This document shows positions 58,141-64,000 of a stretch of 64,000 nucleotides of DNA, in pieces (within the stretch, counting starts at the first letter, position 1; every line of letters begins with the position of its first letter). The stretch is from Camelus ferus (taxonomy: Eukaryota). The notes under the pieces were generated by a model that did no database searches, was not told the origin of the DNA, and saw only the letters and a list, made by a program, of their open reading frames with translations. Both the position numbers and the translations under genes were made by a program. Where the stretch lies: NCBI RefSeq assembly GCF_009834535.1, contig NC_045714.1, positions 11,408,001-11,472,000 of the forward strand, read 5' to 3'.

Positions 58141-60539
58141 TTTGTGGAGCTGTGCAGTCCTGTGAGCTCTTTCCAGGCTACCCCTGGATGTCCCTCATGC
58201 CATGGGGGAGGTTGAAAGTCTCAGGACCTCCAGCTGGGTGAGCAAGAACTGTGGTGGCAGAGAGCAGAGCTGTTTTGACTCAGGGAGCATCTTTTAGCCT
58301 CGTGTACCACATCTCCAGGGACCACCCTGCTACCAGTCACTGTGGCCTGCCTCCTAGGTGCCCCCTTTGAATTGTGTCTGCAAACCAGGTGGTTAATCAG
58401 CTCTGCAGAGCTGTTTGGAAGTGTCACTGCCTAAGCGAGCATGTAATTACCAGCTTGCACCCTCAGCCATGGGCAAGCAGGGGAACCATGACAGACATGG
58501 GTGGCTCATCGCAGGAGGGGAGTGAGTGGGAGGAAGTAACCTTTGATGCACGACAAGAAGGTCAAAGCTGGCAGAGACAGGACCTTTATTGACACACGGC
58601 CCCTGGGTCCTCGCAGGTGGACAGCACTACCTGACCTTTCCAGGAGTCAGGGAGCAGGGTCCCCAGACCTTGGGTCACATTGGAAGGATGCAAGCCCTTG
58701 GTGAGCTCCAGGCAGCCTTTCCTTCGGAGGCCTCACTCCTCATCCTCTCAAACAAATTAAAACGTGCCCACACTTTACTTTAACTATAATTTATTTGCAG
58801 GAAAAATATTTGAATGAAGTTTAATGATTTTGCTTCTTAAATTATCTGGTGGCTGGTAATTCATCAACGTTGCAATTACCTGCGATTTCCACCCCACCCC
58901 CCAAAACCAGTCGCATCGTGAGGAATTCTTGGAACTGTTTTCTCAAATGTTGTGAAGCTTTTATGACTACTACATCATGAATACTGCGTCCAACAAGTGG
59001 TGAGGAGGCCTCTGTGCTGCCTTTGGCAGGCATTTAATGAAGCCCTTATTAACTTCGATTTTGTTGTTTTCTTGTCAAATTTTGGAGCCGATGATTCTTC
59101 TCCACGTGGCACACACTTGCACGGGCCCCAGAAAGGGGCTGTGCTTCGGGCTCCAAGGAGCAGCCTTGCTCCTCCGGAAGGTGAGGAGAAGATTCCAGAG
59201 AGGCTGCTAAGCCGGGTGGTGCTGCGGGGGGCGGGGCGGGGCCGCGCCTGGCTGCTGGAGTCACGCCCAGTTTTCTCCTGCTTCGTTTTTATGGCGGTAA
59301 AAATTAAGTTGGAACATCTGGAGCGCCACATGTGCCGCCCACAAACATCAAACACGGGCGTTCATTCCTTATTTCTTGATTAATTTATTGGACGTCAGCT
59401 CTCTGATCAGCCTGCGGCTTTAATCACGGGGAAATTGCCTGCCAGCTGGGGATTTTACTTTTCTCTGTTACAGCAAATGATGCGTAATTGCTGGGATGCA
59501 GACCAGTCGGAAAAACGAGGAGAAATTAGGCGTAATTGGGCAGCATTTCCTGACGAGTTATAACACCGAGCCCCAAAATGGGATTAGCCAGTGTTTTATT
59601 TCCTTTTTTTCACAAACAGGGACCTCACGATTATTAATAGCCTGTGAGCGACCCTCCCCGCCACTCTCTGAGGCGCGGGATGGAGCTGGGAGGGCAATGT
59701 CCTTCCTCCCCCCACACCCCCCCAACGATGGGTAGTGTGTCTCCTAGAAGCGTGCGGTCATATTTAAAGATATAAAAAGGGACAGGACAATTAAAAATGT
59801 GCACACGTAGCTTCAGGGCTGACATTATTGAAGTCTTTGTGGTCAATAGCGCTGTCTTTATTTGGGTGGCTGGGTAAGAAGGAGCCTTAGGAAGCTCCGG
59901 CCGCAGAACTGAGAGCCTTACAGAGGGGGTGTAAAGCCTTGTAGTGACTCTAATGTCAGGCCCAGAAATAAGGGCTGATTTAAAGCCACGGGCGATGCAG
60001 GGAGGCGGGGTTTGCCCAGGAGAGGGGATCGGAACTGCCCAGTGCCCAAACCCCAGGTGGAGGGAAGCCATTTATAACAGAATTTGGCCGCAGTTGAATT
60101 TTAATCTTGGGATCCACCGACTGCTTTAAGGGCGAGCTCCAGAAACAACCATTGGCTTTCAGTAGCTTTACCCAGAGCCGAGAGAAATCCCTTGTCGTGG
60201 CCCTGTCTAGGGTGGTTTTTGTGGAAGGGATTTGAGAGAAAATTTCGTAAATCGGAGCCGTGGATCTCAGTTCTTTCTGGATGAACTGTTTGACGTGGGT
60301 TTTTCTGATAATAACTACGTTTTTACTGACTTAAGTTTACTGGGTGCTGGTGGCACTCAGGGCGCTGGTAAAAGCTTCCATGTCTTGTTTGCTTTCAAAT
60401 GCAAAACACAAGTTAGACTGCATTCTAGGGCCCACCCTCTGGACCAGAGGAGCCAGAGGAGAAAAACACACACTGGATCTCAGACTTAGGGCCCAAAAAG
60501 AGAGAAGAAGAAGGTGAACGCTTTAATGAATAACTTTCT

Positions 60540-60712
60540 ATATCGATGACCCGTACTGAAATAATACAATTTTGACACATGAGACATACAAAATGATATT
60601 CTTTTCACTTTATGCTTTGTGGCTACTGTAGAAATGTTTGGCTGCCAGAAAATAAAAAAGAAAAATTACAGATGTGGCTTGCATCACATTTCTATTACAC
60701 TGGTGCTGATCT
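60540..60712. mobile_element. MER33-like hAT fragment
   Basis: tggctgccagaaaat ... aaattacagatgtggcttgcatcacatttctattacactggtgctgatct. Confidence 0.55.
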
Positions 60713-61849
60713 CAAGCAAGACAAGAGGCACAGAGAGGCTAAGTAACTTGCCCAAGGTCACACAGCATGCTAGTGGCAGGGCCTTTTAGATGCTAACAAC
60801 CTGACCCCAAGACAGGCACTTGTCCATGGATTTGCTTTTCTTGGCCAGCTTTTTGTCATTGACCCTACATCCCTGCAGACCCTGGTTGAAGTCATAACCA
60901 TAACTCTGTCCTCAGTTTCCCCACCTGGGTCGCCAGGCGATCGGGCTGTACGATCTTTGTGGCTTTTCCGCAGAGAATGACATTCTCAGTTTGGTGCTCT
61001 TTGGTCCTTCGCTGTGAAATGTGGGGAGGGGAGCGACAGTCTCTCTCTTAATGCTTTTTTAATGATATTTAATTAGGAATCTTGTCATATTTTAGCCTAC
61101 AATTGGTCTCCTGGGGCCGCTTGCTGCAGAGATTTTTGCAAAATCCAAGTTTTATCTTTTACTATCGATCCGTGTGGTTCATGGGGCTGAGTAGGAATGA
61201 TTTAATCTGTCTTTCTAACTCAGAATGAGAGGCAGAAGGGGTGGCTGAGCAAAGATGGGCCGTGCATCTGAAAGCCACCCTTCTAAGAGCAAAGGTGGCC
61301 AGACTCCTTCATCCAGGCACGAGTCCAAAAGAGCCTGCTGGGTGTCCCCCTTGCCGCACTGCATACTGGGTCCCGGAGCGACCTGAGTCCTGGTTTCTCC
61401 TGTGTCCTTGTTGATGCCTGCCGCCGATGGAAAGAGGGGTCTGCAGGGCTGAGCGCCACTCTTCCACATCCAGGGCTCTTGGGCCAGCGCTGGCTCCCTG
61501 GGCCGGCTTCATGAAGGCCTGCGTTTCCTCGCTGCCTGCTCTCCTGCTGGGCTGGGCTGGACTCTTCCAGGAGCGGGGCGCTACAGAGAAGGGGGTCCTT
61601 ACTGGAAAACCAGGGTAGGCTTTGACAGCAAGATCCACGTCGCCCACTCCCTCCCAGAACCAGGCTGAGAGCTCGCCTCCCGACAGAGGCCAGCTTCTCC
61701 CACTGGGGCAGCCAAGGGGCACCCGCTGTCCTCCAGCTCGCCTTCTGTGCCCTTCTTAGGGCACTTAATCAGGGTCGTTGATTAGTTGAAACACACCGCA
61801 GAATGGTCGAGAACCCTGGCTGGTGGCCCACCGCTGTCGTTTATGGTGG

Positions 61850-62180
61850 GTGATTTGAGGCCAGCCTCGCCACCCCGCTGAGCCTCCGATCCCTCATTTG
61901 CAAAATGAGACTTATCATGTCTGCCCTGCCTCCCCTCCCTGAGTTGTTGAGAGGTTCCAACAATGTATGAGAGAGTGACATGAAAATGTGGGTAAACAGG
62001 AGAGTGATATTTAAATGCATGCTATTACCATAATTGCCTTGTATTGTGTGTGTATATCTCATCTCCCCAATTAGAGGCGAGATCCTCTGTGACAGCCACC
62101 ATGTCTCACCCCTTTTGCTGTTCCCCACACAGCCAGGATGGTAGGGAACATGGCCGATGTTCAATAAATATTTACTGAAT
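61850..62180 (+). mobile_element. MIR followed by L2 3' end
   Basis: ctgagcctccgatccctcatttgcaaaatgaga ... gagttgttgagagg; then ggaacatggccgatgttcaataaatatttactgaatggaa. Confidence 0.65.
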
Positions 62181-64000
62181 GGAATTGAGTTTCAGATCGG
62201 TTCCAGATCACCCTAAAAACTTGGTCGGGAGTGGCTCAAAGGGTTTCTCAAGGAGAGTCAGGGAGGCTCCACTACAGGTGTCAAGAAATGTCTTGGAAGG
62301 AATGACTCTGTGGATGAATGAATGCCAGGTGGCATTTGCTTTATTCTCTCAGCTCCTGGCTTTTGACAGCAGCCATGAAATCTGCCGCCTCTGCTCGAAA
62401 ATGACTTCTCCCTCTGTCCTGTGGGATATGCTTTCTGCCTCGCGCCCTGCTACGATCCAGATTTCTATTAAGTAGTCAAACATAATATAAAATCGCCAAC
62501 AAAAAGATCTTTCCTGGATTAATTGATCTCCCCTTTCCATAGGGAAACATAAAAGAGAGCACGAGATAAGAAAATGAAATTAATCTTACACTTTCTATGG
62601 CTGCCTGTTAATTCCAGGCTTTCCTGCATCCAGGTGCCTGTGCTCCTGCTCAGTTTCTGGATTGCTTGGTACTTAAATGAAACAACTTATTAATCATTTC
62701 CTGGGAATGCTGTGCAGCCAAGAAGAAAAAAAGAAAAAAAAAGAAAAGAAAACAGGCATTCAGGAGCCGCGATGAGTTTATTTTTATAGTAATGCATACC
62801 TTATCATCAGGTATGGCCAATACATCAAAACGATAAGCCAAATTTGTATACCATCTCACATCATTATCCATAAATCAGGTTAACAGTAAGCTGCCAAATC
62901 AATCCTGCCCTGACACCAACCTCTCCTCAGAGGAGAGAGTTGAGAATAAATGTGGAAGGAGCCAGGGTATAAAGCTGTCTGAGAAGTTTCACAAAAGAAG
63001 CTGAACCCTGCTAATCAGAAAGGAGATGCATGTTTAATTCCGAGATGACTGAGCAGCAATTCAGCGGTCCTGACAACAGGCAGAGCATCTCAGCTCCCGG
63101 GCTCGGAAGAGATGGCTTAAGTGTTTTGCCCTGCCAAGCCTGCATTCTCACATTCTCCAAAATGTCCATTAACCCCAGAGGACATTCCAGCTGGCCCCTC
63201 ACCCCACTGAGACGATGTAAATATAATGATTAACCAATCCACACTAGCATCAAGATTTCTTGACGCTCCTCTTCACTGAAAAATGCATTAGCTCCTGGCA
63301 GTGCTGTCCAGAAATTAATTCATAGACAGCCGAGCATCATTCCCCATGATCTGCCCTGGCTAACAGCTCTCTGTTGGTGAATTTGGGGATGGAAATAAGC
63401 TGTTTCCATTCACTTGATCATCCAAAGACCTCAGGACACAGTGTGTCTCTGGTGAGAGCTGTTACTAGAACCTGTTTAGAATTGCTATTGCTATTAATTC
63501 TGCAGAAACAGGCTCCCACCCAAAGCCATCAGCCAGGTGCCTTTGAGTCTTAAGATCAGCCTTTAACCTCTACTTTGAAGTTGTTGGCGGAGGCGAGAGT
63601 TTATTTCAGCCTGATGACTGAGCGTTTTAATTTTTTTTTAAGGAGTGCGCTGTTATCCTCCAATAGGCTGAGGTCCAGAGGCCGCTCTCTGAATGGAGCC
63701 CAGCTTAGGAGAAACCATTGCAGGTGGGCGCGCAGGTGCTGCTGATGGGTTGGTGCAGGTGGGGCAGGGAGGGCCCTAGGGCCCCTTGAAGGGGAGCGCC
63801 AGGGCTGGCACAAGTCACCTTTCAGAATTCGAAGTGAGCCAGTGATGCGCTTGGTGAGTGGTGGAAAACCTACGGGGAGAATGCCCTGTCGTTTCTGGAA
63901 GGAAACCTTACTTTCCTCCCATGAAGCACCGCCCTCCCTGGCAGCCCTCCTGATGCTCTTAACCTGGCTCTTCCCGGCACGCCCCCTCCCATGGTTTGCT

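Noticed and set aside
1-64000. TCF/LEF (CTTTGA/T) and CTCF-like motifs suggesting Wnt feedback or insulators
   Set aside because: The matches I saw are scattered, partly inside repeats, or carry core mismatches; I saw no cluster beyond chance expectation.

Overview
Mammalian genomic DNA, most likely a camelid (inferred from three tRNA-Ala-derived SINEs of the vic-1 type). The only protein-coding sequence I recognise is the first coding exon of APCDD1L on the minus strand (36109..36061, MPAAMLPYACVLVLLG plus 1 nt, GT donor), inside a CpG-island promoter. Positions 1-36060 appear to be APCDD1L intron 1; I did not find exon 2 in the window. Positions above about 36.8 kb are upstream sequence, where human has the divergent lncRNA APCDD1L-DT/AS1. 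The rest is interspersed repeats (L1, L2, MIR, MLT1/MLT2, ERV1 LTRs, hAT DNA transposons), microsatellites, four N gaps and several enhancer-like non-coding blocks. The other ORFs in the track are chance ORFs or L1 remnants. I found no new multi-gene system. The best leads are: a solo ERV1 LTR with a ~23-bp-periodic CCAAT array, two octamers and a TATA box, inserted in a MER58; a SINE whose target-site duplication encloses ~110 bp of extra sequence (probable 3' transduction); a uORF/GTG arrangement in the APCDD1L leader; an intronic CpG island with a 288-codon ORF; and a small ancient L1+MER58 duplication. Repeat family names come from my recall of consensus sequences, not from a database search. 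Repeat boundaries are approximate unless a TSD is given.
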